DNA of 64,000 bases from Myxococcota bacterium (GTDB lineage Bacteria; Myxococcota_A; UBA796; CAJQPC01), in assembly GCA_036012755.1 (NCBI GenBank), contig DASCPX010000160.1, positions 65,657 through 129,656 of the forward strand, written 5' to 3'. Below are positions 53,524 to 62,616 of this stretch, piece by piece. Under the pieces are notes generated by a model. The model searched no databases. It had not been told where the DNA came from and saw only the letters and a program-made list of their open reading frames with translations. Position 1 is the first letter of the stretch, and each line of letters opens with the position of its first letter. Position numbers and translations under genes: made by a program.

Positions 53524-55707
53524 ATGGCAACGTCGAAACTGCGAATCACCGGCGCCTACGCAGCCTGGGGACCCAGCGTCCGCGAGGCGACCTTCAGCAA
53601 CCCCCAAGGCAAGACCGGGCGGGTCCTCATCCGCCTGCTCGACGAGGTCCCGGCGGATCCGAAGCACCTCAAGGAGCTGCAGGCCGAAGCCAGCCGCCTG
53701 GCGAGCCTGCGCGTGGCAGGCCTCCAGCGTCTGATGCACGTGACCGCGCTCAAGGGAAAGGCCGCGCTGGTCTACCAGCACGACAACGGCGTGTCGATGG
53801 CACGTGTCCTCGACACACAGCGGGTGCGTGGGTGTTTCCTGCCCGTGAAGATCTGCATCGCCATCCTGGCCGAGATCGCCACGACCCTGGCTCGCGCCGA
53901 GCGCGCCATCCTGCAGCAGCTGCCCGACCACCAGCTCGCCCACCGCGGTCCTACACCAGAGGACGTCCTGGTCGACGCCCGGGGCCGCGTCCGCCTGGCC
54001 GGCCTCTCGGCACGCCCGGCCGGAGAGAGCCCGCCCCTGCCGCTGCTCGGCTTCACGCCGCCAGAGGGCCCCGACAGCCCCTGCGCGTTCGCCTACGGCA
54101 TCGGCGCGCTCGCGATCGAGCTGTTCACCGGCACGCGCCCGCCGCCGGGCTCCTCGGAGCCCCATCGCCACGAACAAGCCGTCCAGGCAGCGATGGTGGC
54201 GTTGACAGAGCGCCCCGGAGAGGCCGTTCCGATCGCCGCATCGCAGATCGTGCGGCTCTGTCTTGCACGGGAGTCCCACCACCGGCCCTCTACGCCGGCC
54301 CTGTCCAAGCAGCTCACACAGATCCTGAAGAGCACCCGAGGTCCCGGCCTCGGCGCCTGGGCACCTGCGGTGGTCCCAGGCGTTCTGAGCAAGCCCTCCT
54401 CCGACGCCGAGACCCCGGTCTTCCAGGGCGGCGAGCCTCCAGTGCGCCCCGCGCTGCCGGATCCGAAGAGCGACGTGATGGCGCTCGAGTCGCTCCCGGT
54501 CCCGTCCACGCCCGAAGAGGAAGCCGAGACCGTGGTCGGCCGGGATCCCCAACTCGAGGAGCTCCGTCAGCGAGCGATCGCGGAGCAGGCTGAGCCCACG
54601 TTGGAGGCCAGCGGGGACGACGGCTCCGAGAGGACGCTCGAGGCGGCGATGCCCAACAAGGGCAGACCACCAGAGATCGTCCTCGGTGAGCCGATGTCCG
54701 ACGAGGTGCTGCGAGAGGAAGCTCGGGACGACGAGGACACGAGCACCGGCGAGCCCGCGCTCACCGCACAGAGTGCCCCCCTCTCGGGTCCGGCGGAGCC
54801 CGCGGTGCAGCTCGGCCACGCTCCAGAGGACATCGACGACTCCCCGGTCTTCGACGACGACGACGACATCCCCCCTCCGAAGTCCGGCCGAGGCATCCTG
54901 GTCTTCCTCGCCGTGGCGATCGCCCTCGTCGTGATCGGCGGCGGTGGCTTGTTCGCCTGGCGGGCAATGGGACCCTCGGGACTCGAGCTCCCCGAGGTGG
55001 ACCTCAGTGCCCTCGACGGACTCGTCGAGGAGGACATCGAGGAGGACATCGAGGAGGACATCGAGGACGTCGCCGAAGAGGACATCGGCGAGGAAGAGCC
55101 TGCCGAGGAGGCCCCGGAGGCCCAGCCGGAACCCGAGCCGGTCGAGGCGGAGCCGGAGGCAGAGCCGAGCGGAGGCCCCAGCGAGGAGCCTGTGGGTGAA
55201 CCCGACGCTGAGCCAGAGGCGAAGCCAGAGGCGAAGCCAGAGGCGAAGCCAGAGGCGAAGCCAGAGGCGAAGCCAGAGGCGAAGCCAGAGGCGAAGCCCA
55301 AAGCCGAGCCAGAGGCCGAGACAACGACGGAACCAGCTGAGACCCGACCTCCCGTGAACCCGCGCCTGGCGCCGACGAAAGGCGAGAGGGACTCCGGGTT
55401 GCTCACGGCGCCCGAGCCGGAGCCGGAGCCAGCGGAGGATCCGGACCCCGCTCCGGTGGAGGAGCCGGCGCAAAGCGCCACCTACGAAGTGACCTTCCGA
55501 AGCGCGGATCCGAGCATCTCCGCGCTCGTCGTGAAGTGCCATCGTGGGAGCGCGGCGGGAACCAACCCCGTCACGGTGAAGGCGGCGGAGGATGGACCCT
55601 GCCGCGTCCAGGGACGCACCGATGGTGGCGGCGTCGTGGCCTTCGTCACCCTCGACGGGCCCAAGACCTTCGACTGCTTCGAGGGTGGCTCGCGGGAGTG
55701 CAGGTAG
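53524..55707 (+). CDS. Membrane-anchored Ser/Thr pseudokinase with acidic/PEAK linker and a C-terminal four-Cys domain
   Basis: AHRGPTPEDVLV (HRD lost), RLAGL (DFG lost), TPPE, AYGIG; TM ILVFLAVAIALVVIGGGGLFAW. Confidence 0.75.
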   Translation: MATSKLRITGAYAAWGPSVREATFSNPQGKTGRVLIRLLDEVPADPKHLKELQAEASRLASLRVAGLQRLMHVTALKGKAALVYQHDNGVSMARVLDTQRVRGCFLPVKICIAILAEIATTLARAERAILQQLPDHQLAHRGPTPEDVLVDARGRVRLAGLSARPAGESPPLPLLGFTPPEGPDSPCAFAYGIGALAIELFTGTRPPPGSSEPHRHEQAVQAAMVALTERPGEAVPIAASQIVRLCLARESHHRPSTPALSKQLTQILKSTRGPGLGAWAPAVVPGVLSKPSSDAETPVFQGGEPPVRPALPDPKSDVMALESLPVPSTPEEEAETVVGRDPQLEELRQRAIAEQAEPTLEASGDDGSERTLEAAMPNKGRPPEIVLGEPMSDEVLREEARDDEDTSTGEPALTAQSAPLSGPAEPAVQLGHAPEDIDDSPVFDDDDDIPPPKSGRGILVFLAVAIALVVIGGGGLFAWRAMGPSGLELPEVDLSALDGLVEEDIEEDIEEDIEDVAEEDIGEEEPAEEAPEAQPEPEPVEAEPEAEPSGGPSEEPVGEPDAEPEAKPEAKPEAKPEAKPEAKPEAKPEAKPKAEPEAETTTEPAETRPPVNPRLAPTKGERDSGLLTAPEPEPEPAEDPDPAPVEEPAQSATYEVTFRSADPSISALVVKCHRGSAAGTNPVTVKAAEDGPCRVQGRTDGGGVVAFVTLDGPKTFDCFEGGSRECR
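55213..55296 (+). repeat. Perfect 12-bp tandem repeat (CCAGAGGCGAAG)x7 encoding PEAK x7
   Basis: Read directly from the sequence. Confidence 0.92.
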
Positions 55708-55768
55708 GCGCACTTTCCACGCGAGGCGGGCGTGGTAGTGTCCGCCCTTCCTGCGCTGGGAGCGGATC

Positions 55769-58700
55769 TTGGCCCTGTCGTCACTTCTGTTGCTGTGGCC
55801 GCTCATCGCATGTGATGGCGGCTCCGGTTCCAACCCCAACAAAACCTCGAAGGCAAAGGCAAAGGCAAAGGCAAAGGCCGACACCGAACTGGTCGTCGAA
55901 GCCCCCATCGACGAAGTCGTCGAGGACAGCGTTCGTGATCCGACCACCGGACTGACCGGCTTCGATCGCGCTCGCTCCCTGACCGCCGCGCGACGCCACC
56001 GCGAAGCCGTGACGGAGCTCGAGGCCATGCTCGCAGAGTCCGCCGAGGACACCCGGATCTGGCGGCTGCTCCGCTTCGCCGCGAACAACAGCGGGGAGTC
56101 CGACGCGCTCCTCGACAGGCTCGACGCGAGCACCGCGCTCGGCGGCCAGGACGTACAGCACCAGATGCTGCGCGCCAGCCTGGCGCTCGACGCGGATCGG
56201 GCGGACGACGCCCTCGACGCTGCGCAGAAACTGGGTCGTGCCGACGCCGAACTCGGCGCGGTCTTCATGGCGCGGGCCCTCCTCGCCGGAGCTGAGTTCG
56301 ACACGAGCGCGCTCGACAGGAAGGACCCGAACGACGCCCTCGTACTCGCCGCCGTGGAGAAGAAGGGGAACAGGGCCAAGACACTGCTGAAGACCACCGC
56401 TCCCGTGAACTGGCAGGCACAGCTGCTGCGAGCGGAGATCTACGACCGCATCGGCAACACCGACGCCGCGCTGAGCGATCTCACCGCCGTGCTCGGGGCC
56501 GAGGATCCAGAGGCAAGCGTGCGCGGCGGGCACCTCGCCGCCCGCCTCACGGGCGACCGCGCGCTCGCCGCCAACCGACTGGCGGAGGCCGCCTCGAAGG
56601 CCGAGGAGCTCGGCCTGTCGGAGCGCTCTTGCGCCCTGGCCGCAGAGGCAGTCGACGCCTGGCTGGCCGAAGGTCGCAGCGACGAAGCCGAGAGCTTCGC
56701 CCTCGAGCACCAGCAAGCCCGCTACGACGCTGTCGACGACATCGGCGCTGCCCAGGCGTCGATCGCGGTGGCTCGGGCTGGGCTCGCAGAGGGACACGCC
56801 GCGCTGGCGCTGGAGCACGCCGTCACCGCACAGGCCACGCTGTCGGACAACGACGACGCCTGGCTCGCCTCGCAAGCCGCCTGGCAGGCCGGACTGGCGG
56901 CCTACGCCTTGGGCTTGGACGTAGAACTCCAGAGCGCGATCGAAGCAGCTCCTGAGATGAACAGGGACGCCCTGTCGGGCATGCGCCACGTGCTCACTGG
57001 GAACATGGACGAAGCCTACGTCCTTCTCCAGAACAACGAGATCGATGGGGTCGACGGTGTACGCATCCAGCTCGCCGGCGCCCGAGCCGCCCTCGCTGCG
57101 GGACAGGACCCGGAGAGCTTCACAGCTCGCGCGGTCGAGCTCTCCCAGGGCGATGGCGTCCCCGTCGCCGTCCAGATCGAGGCCCTGCTGGAGCAGGACC
57201 GCTTCGCTCGTGACTTCGGCGCGTCGACGACCGCCCTCGACGCGCTCGATCGTGTCGCCGACCAGCTCGGCGAAGCCGGCGGCCCCCTAGCCGCCGAGGT
57301 CCTCCTCCGGCGCGTCTTCGATGGCCAGAAGCTGAGCGCCGAAGCGGACGGCAGCCTGACCCTGCCCTCCGAACTCGACGCCTGGCGGATGGCGCTGGAC
57401 CCCAACGCCCCGCCACTCGAGGCGACTCCGGATGATCTCGCCGGTATGCACGGCCAGGCGCGCGCCCTGGCCCGTGCGGCCCGCTACGAGGACGCTGCCG
57501 CCGCCTACAATGTCGCGTGGAGCGCGACCCCGTCCCATCACCGCGGGCCCTGGTACCCGGCGAGCATCCAGACCGGCAGGGCAGGCTCGGACTTCTGGAC
57601 CGACAGCGACCTGCTGGTGGAGCAGAACCTGCCCGCCTCCATCGCGCTCTTGACCGCCCAGGACTGGTCGCGTTCGGCGCGCCAGATCGACACCGCGTTC
57701 GCGATCGGCGACGACCCCTCCGTCGGCCTGTCGGCGGAAGAGAGGATCGCCTACAACGACGCCCACGTAGCGCTCCGCGGACAGACGCTCAGGTGGCTGG
57801 CCGGCCTGACCGCCGAGCCCGTCGAAGCCCGGGCGGCTCTGGCAGAGGCGGACGCCAAAGCACTCGAAACAGCCGGTTTTGCCCGGGCCCTTCCGGCCCC
57901 CCTACCCGACTACCAGGCCATCCAGGCAGAGCTCAAGGGAATGGCGATCCTGAGCTATCGCTTCGGGCAGAACAGGGGTGACGCCGTCGTCTTGACTGCC
58001 GATGGCGGTCGGGCTGCAGCGATCACCGATGTCGCAGCCATCCAGACCGCGGCCGAGTCGCTGCGCGCGGGCTACGCCGCCGCCAATGGTGGTCCGAGCG
58101 CGGAGTCGCTGCAGGAACACGGCAACAACCTGCGCGTCCTGCTCGTCGAGCCCTTCCGCGACGAGTTGACCGGCACCGGGCGCTACGTCGTGCTGCCAGA
58201 CGGCGCGCTGTGGTCCGTGAGCTTCGCGGTCCTCCCCGAGCAGCACGCCAGCAAGCGCTACCTCGCCGAGATCCGGACGATGGGGTACGCCGCGAGCGTC
58301 GGGGACGCCTGGCGGACGGAGCGCACCCAGCCCACGCGCTACGTGCCGACCTACCTGGGTCTGTCGAAGACCGCGCCCGACGATGCGATCGCCGAGGACG
58401 GCGTGCGAATCCCGACAGAGGTGGAGAACAGTGGCCGGCACTTCGACCAGGAGCTGCGGGTGGTCCACTCGGGCGACGCTGCCTCCGTGGCCGCCTTCGC
58501 CGAGTCGGCCAGGAACGCGCGCTTCATCCACCTCGCCGGCGTCGAGAGCGCCGAGCGCGGGTCCATCGTCTTCGGCGAGGAGACCCTGGGGCTCGCCGAG
58601 CTGAGGGCGATGGATCTACACGCGCGGACCGTCGTCGTCACCGGCGACGCACACCCCCTCATCCAGACCCGCTGGGTCCAAGCGCTTCGCGCCGCTGGCT

Positions 58701-58909
58701 GCGCGACGATCATCACGACCAGCTGGAACACTCCGCTCGAGACACGTAGCAAGTTCATCTACACCTTCTACGAGTCACTGATCCAGCACGGCCAGCCCGC
58801 CCTGGCCCTGCTCCAGGCCAGACAGGCCTTGCGCGAGGAGCAGAACCTCAAGGGCCTGGGCAACGACCCGGCCTGGTGGGGTCCGTACTACCTCCACGGT
58901 CAACCCTGA
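55769..58909 (+). CDS. Lipoprotein with long helical/TPR-like region and a C-terminal CHAT-like domain lacking catalytic residues
   Basis: LLLLWPLIAC; VVLPDGALWSVSFAVL, YLAE, FIHLAGVE, VVVTGD, SWN, FYE, ALLQAR, WWGPYYLHG. Confidence 0.75.
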   Translation: MALSSLLLLWPLIACDGGSGSNPNKTSKAKAKAKAKADTELVVEAPIDEVVEDSVRDPTTGLTGFDRARSLTAARRHREAVTELEAMLAESAEDTRIWRLLRFAANNSGESDALLDRLDASTALGGQDVQHQMLRASLALDADRADDALDAAQKLGRADAELGAVFMARALLAGAEFDTSALDRKDPNDALVLAAVEKKGNRAKTLLKTTAPVNWQAQLLRAEIYDRIGNTDAALSDLTAVLGAEDPEASVRGGHLAARLTGDRALAANRLAEAASKAEELGLSERSCALAAEAVDAWLAEGRSDEAESFALEHQQARYDAVDDIGAAQASIAVARAGLAEGHAALALEHAVTAQATLSDNDDAWLASQAAWQAGLAAYALGLDVELQSAIEAAPEMNRDALSGMRHVLTGNMDEAYVLLQNNEIDGVDGVRIQLAGARAALAAGQDPESFTARAVELSQGDGVPVAVQIEALLEQDRFARDFGASTTALDALDRVADQLGEAGGPLAAEVLLRRVFDGQKLSAEADGSLTLPSELDAWRMALDPNAPPLEATPDDLAGMHGQARALARAARYEDAAAAYNVAWSATPSHHRGPWYPASIQTGRAGSDFWTDSDLLVEQNLPASIALLTAQDWSRSARQIDTAFAIGDDPSVGLSAEERIAYNDAHVALRGQTLRWLAGLTAEPVEARAALAEADAKALETAGFARALPAPLPDYQAIQAELKGMAILSYRFGQNRGDAVVLTADGGRAAAITDVAAIQTAAESLRAGYAAANGGPSAESLQEHGNNLRVLLVEPFRDELTGTGRYVVLPDGALWSVSFAVLPEQHASKRYLAEIRTMGYAASVGDAWRTERTQPTRYVPTYLGLSKTAPDDAIAEDGVRIPTEVENSGRHFDQELRVVHSGDAASVAAFAESARNARFIHLAGVESAERGSIVFGEETLGLAELRAMDLHARTVVVTGDAHPLIQTRWVQALRAAGCATIITTSWNTPLETRSKFIYTFYESLIQHGQPALALLQARQALREEQNLKGLGNDPAWWGPYYLHGQP

Positions 58910-61900
58910 CCCTCGTCCTCGCCCTGGCGCTGGAAGCGCAAGCTGCGACCCTCCCAGTACTCGCGCCGAGTGGTCCGATGTGGATCGGCCCCCTCGGGCC
59001 GGACACCCCCACCGGTTGGCGTGCCGGAAGGGGGATCGTGGACGTCGACAGCGCCAGCGGCGCCCTGTTCGTGGAGGTCGTCGACCTTCGGGTCGAGGGC
59101 CAGGGGCCGCCGCTCGAGCTCAGGCGTGTCCACACCAGGGGACAGTGGCGACTGAGCCTGGACGAGCGGATCGACATCACCGTCGATGGTCTCCTCCACC
59201 ACGATCTCGAAGGAGCGGAGCTCCTCCTGGTCGATCCTCCCGTGCCAGAGGGCCTCGCCGACGACGGAATGTGGCCCGTCGGCACCCTCTTCGGGGAAGG
59301 ACGCGCCATCCGCACCGAGCGGGGCTACGAGATCACCGGTCTCGACCACATGGCCCGGTTCGACACGGAGGGGCGCCTCGTCCGCCTCGAAGACGAGGAC
59401 GGCGACGGCATGAACCTGGAGCACGACGAACTCGGCCTCGCCCGGGTCCGCGCTGACGACGGGCGCTCGGTCCGGGTCCTCCACGACCTCAACGGCAACA
59501 TCAGCGCCGTCGCTGCTCCAGGCGGGGAGGAGCACTTCTACCAGTGGGACGGAGCGCGCCTGCTCGCCAGCATCGGTGAAGGGGGTCGCGTCCGACTCGT
59601 GCACGAGGGTGACGATCTGTCGGCGATCATCTGGCCGGACGGCTCCCAGGTCCGGATCCGCTACGCGGAGGATCGCGTCGTGGACATCGCTGGCCCCGGG
59701 CCGCTGAGACGCCAGCTGAGCTGGGACGGAGAGACACTCGATGTCGTCGATCAGCGAGGAGCGTCCTGGCGAATCCGCCGATCGGCGGACCAGGTGACCG
59801 TGACGGATCCGCTCGGCCGCGAAGCCCGAACGCTGCTGGAAGGAGGGCGCCTCGCGGGATGGGTCGCCCCCGACGGCACAGAGGTCCGCGTCGGACGGGA
59901 CAGCGAAGAGCACATCACGACCGTCGAGCGCTGGCGCCTGCGCTGGGTCGGCGACGAGCTGATGGGTCTCACGGACCCGGCGGGCGGGGTGTGGGCGGTC
60001 GACCGTGACGCCCTCGGGCGACTCACCTCCGTCGAGGACCCCGAGGGCCGGATCATCCGCTACGAACGGGACGCCCACGGACGGATCGTGGCCGTCGGAC
60101 GAGAGGCGAGCCCATGGCGCATCACGCGCGACGCGAAGGGCCTGGTGGTCGACGTCACCGGGCCTACAGGCGCCACGACCTACCTCACGCGCGACACCCG
60201 GGGCAGGGTGACGAGCATCGCCGACCCTTCCGGGGCCGAGACCCTGCTCGGTGGCTTCGCGGGAGACAGCCCCGGCACGATCCTCGGGCGAGCCGGCTCT
60301 CTGTGGGTGCTCGCCTACGACCACATGGGACGCGCCATCCGCGTAGAGGTCCCAGACGAACCGGCTGTCACCCTGCGAAGGGACCGACTCGGCGACATCG
60401 TAGGCATCGACCTCGACGGCGAGCGGCGCCTGCGCCTGCGCTACCGGAGCGACGGCCTCCTCACCCGGGTCGAGGACGCCCTGGGACAGGCCTGGGGGGT
60501 TCTGGGCGACGCGGCTGGACGGGCGATCGTGGCCCACCAACCGGACGGCACGGAGCAGAGAATCAAGTGGACGGACGCTGACCGGCTCGTAGGACTGGAC
60601 GACCTCGTCATCAAGCGAGACGCCAGGGGAAACCCGACCAGCGACGGGCTGTTGACCTGGCGCTGGGACCTGCTCGATCGGCTCATCGGTGTCGAGGGAC
60701 CTGCGCTCGATCTCAGCCTGCTGCGCGGGGGAGCCGGGTTCGTGCACACGGTCACTGCAGGCGAGCTCTCGTGGCCCATCGGGCGGGACACCACGGGTCG
60801 GGTCACACGGATCGGGGAAGGCGACGACTCGCTGGCGATCCGACGAAACGCTGGGGGGCATATCGTGGAGGTCGACGGCGTGATCCTGGAGCGCGACGAC
60901 CGCGGGCTCGTCTTCCGCATGCACAGCGACGGGCGCATCTGGCGCGCTCTCCACGACGCAGAGACGCTGACGACACGCTGGAGCTCGCAAGACGGAGTGT
61001 CGCTCTCCCTGGGACGAGACAACCTCGGCCGCGTCGTGCTGGTGCGCTACCCCGATGGGACCCTGCTCCGGCGGGCCTACGAGCCAGGCATGCGCGGGGT
61101 GCGCATCGAGGGCTCCGACGGAGCCGTCCTGCTCGACCGACTCCTGACGCTCGACGAAGCCGACCGCGTCGAGCGAATCACCGATCTCAGCCCCAGCGAG
61201 CAGGAGATCGTCTTCCACCGAGACCCCGCGGGGGAGCTCGTAGCGCGCGAACAGGCCGATGGTGCGTGGCTCTGGGCCCCCGGGCAGGTCTCGGCTCCGC
61301 ACGGGGGCATGGTCGTCTACGACGAGCGCGGCAAGCCGGTCCACGCCACGCCTCCCGTAGGACCGCTGGCGTGGAACACGAGCGAGGACGTGCTCTCCTA
61401 CCTCGTCGACGACGCAGGCTGCATCGAGCAGGTCATCGGCGAGGCCGGCGCCGTCGATGTCACCTACGACAGCCTCGGCCGCCCGACCGAGCTCCGTGGC
61501 CCAGGGGAAGACCAGCGGACCGAGCTCGAGTGGGACGAGCTCGGGCGGCTGACGCGTGTCGGAGAGACCAGGCTCGTCTGGGGGGTCTCGGCCCCGCTGG
61601 CGCTCGACGCACCGGAAGGCCGAGTCGAGGTGCTCCACGCCGAGGACGCGGGCTGGGTCCTGGTGGGAGATCGCGTCGTGTCGCTCGTGCCCGACTCCGG
61701 GGACACGCCGCGCGCGCTGATCCGCGACAGCATCGTGGAGGGCTGGCTCGACTGGTCTCCCCTCGGCTTCCCGGCGCATGACGCCGCGACGCCGATCGGG
61801 CCAGACGGATCCTGGGTCCTGGGGCCAGGGGGACCGCTGGTGGACGGCTCCGGACTGCTGGACCCGGTCTCCGGGACCCACGCCTGTCGTCCGATACCGG

Positions 61901-62322
61901 AAGCGACGTGGTCCGCGACGCCCTGGCCGACCCCGGACGGCGCCAGCACACCCTGGTGGGATCCGGCGCCTTGGAGCGCCGATGACGTGTGGCGGGACCC
62001 CCTGGGGCTGCTCGTGGCCCTCGGCGCACTGGATCCCGGGGTCGAGGGGGGCTGGGTCCAGATCGGCGACGATCCGCCGCCCCTCCCCTGGCTCCCTCGG
62101 GCTGCTGCAACACCAGATCCGCCGCTGTTTCCCGGCCGCAACTCCCTCCCGCTGGGGGACTACAGCGCGCTCACGCTGCTGGTCCTCGAGCGCAGCCTCC
62201 CGGTGTCCGGCCCCCTGGCGAGACACGACATCCTCAACCGCGTGACGGCGGCGGATCTGGCGGCGCGCGCGGAGCTGCAGTTCTTCGAAAGAGCCTTGCC
62301 GCCCTGGGCGTCGTCCAGGTGA
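58876..62322 (+). CDS. Secreted RHS/YD-repeat protein with a degenerate core
   Basis: Signal-like LVLALALEAQA; DL.V.G.GPPLELRR N-terminus; many xRDxxGR/YDxLGR repeats; WRDPLGL near 61996; start uncertain. Confidence 0.8.
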   Translation: MGSVLPPRSTLTLVLALALEAQAATLPVLAPSGPMWIGPLGPDTPTGWRAGRGIVDVDSASGALFVEVVDLRVEGQGPPLELRRVHTRGQWRLSLDERIDITVDGLLHHDLEGAELLLVDPPVPEGLADDGMWPVGTLFGEGRAIRTERGYEITGLDHMARFDTEGRLVRLEDEDGDGMNLEHDELGLARVRADDGRSVRVLHDLNGNISAVAAPGGEEHFYQWDGARLLASIGEGGRVRLVHEGDDLSAIIWPDGSQVRIRYAEDRVVDIAGPGPLRRQLSWDGETLDVVDQRGASWRIRRSADQVTVTDPLGREARTLLEGGRLAGWVAPDGTEVRVGRDSEEHITTVERWRLRWVGDELMGLTDPAGGVWAVDRDALGRLTSVEDPEGRIIRYERDAHGRIVAVGREASPWRITRDAKGLVVDVTGPTGATTYLTRDTRGRVTSIADPSGAETLLGGFAGDSPGTILGRAGSLWVLAYDHMGRAIRVEVPDEPAVTLRRDRLGDIVGIDLDGERRLRLRYRSDGLLTRVEDALGQAWGVLGDAAGRAIVAHQPDGTEQRIKWTDADRLVGLDDLVIKRDARGNPTSDGLLTWRWDLLDRLIGVEGPALDLSLLRGGAGFVHTVTAGELSWPIGRDTTGRVTRIGEGDDSLAIRRNAGGHIVEVDGVILERDDRGLVFRMHSDGRIWRALHDAETLTTRWSSQDGVSLSLGRDNLGRVVLVRYPDGTLLRRAYEPGMRGVRIEGSDGAVLLDRLLTLDEADRVERITDLSPSEQEIVFHRDPAGELVAREQADGAWLWAPGQVSAPHGGMVVYDERGKPVHATPPVGPLAWNTSEDVLSYLVDDAGCIEQVIGEAGAVDVTYDSLGRPTELRGPGEDQRTELEWDELGRLTRVGETRLVWGVSAPLALDAPEGRVEVLHAEDAGWVLVGDRVVSLVPDSGDTPRALIRDSIVEGWLDWSPLGFPAHDAATPIGPDGSWVLGPGGPLVDGSGLLDPVSGTHACRPIPEATWSATPWPTPDGASTPWWDPAPWSADDVWRDPLGLLVALGALDPGVEGGWVQIGDDPPPLPWLPRAAATPDPPLFPGRNSLPLGDYSALTLLVLERSLPVSGPLARHDILNRVTAADLAARAELQFFERALPPWASSR

Positions 62323-62390
62323 CTTGCCGTGCCTTCCCAACGGATTAGATCAGGGCCGGCCTCGCCAGGGGCCTCGATCTCTAGCATTGC

Positions 62391-62465
62391 GGTGGGTGTA
62401 GCTCAGTTGGTTAGAGCACTGGATTGTGATTCCAGGAGTCGGGGGTTCAAATCCCCTCATCCACC
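62391..62465 (+). tRNA. tRNA-His (GTG)
   Basis: Cloverleaf; G-1 and acceptor stem GTGGGTG/CATCCAC; anticodon GTG at 62426-62428; TTCAAAT loop; CCA not fully encoded. Confidence 0.95.
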
Positions 62466-62476
62466 CCTTCCCTCAC

Positions 62477-62549
62477 GGGCCTATAGCTCAATTGGTAGAG
62501 CGCCGGACTCTTAATCCGTCGGTTCCAGGTTCAAGTCCTGGTGGGCTCA
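62477..62549 (+). tRNA. tRNA-Lys (CTT)
   Basis: Acceptor stem GGGCCTA/TGGGCTC; anticodon CTT at 62510-62512; TTCAAGT loop; CCA not encoded. Confidence 0.95.
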
Positions 62550-62552
62550 TTG

Positions 62553-62586
62553 ACAACCCCTCGGCACCCCCGCCGAGGGGTTGTTC
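62553..62586 (+). terminator. Intrinsic terminator after the tRNA pair
   Basis: ACAACCCCTCGGC-N6-GCCGAGGGGTTGT, a 13-bp stem. Confidence 0.8.
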
Positions 62587-62616
62587 GTCTCTGAGGTAGT
62601 CTCCGAGACGCCGCGG

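Noticed and set aside
55027..55296. Short tandem repeats considered as a CRISPR array
   Set aside because: There are no unique spacers, the units are in-frame multiples of 3 within a CDS, and no cas genes are present.
62503..62519. C-T mismatch at the top of the tRNA-Lys anticodon stem as a pseudo-tRNA sign
   Set aside because: Mismatches at this position occur in functional tRNAs and the rest of the cloverleaf is canonical.
62391..62586. tRNA pair as an integration site for a genomic island containing the RHS locus
   Set aside because: I saw no integrase, no duplicated tRNA 3' end and no obvious composition shift.
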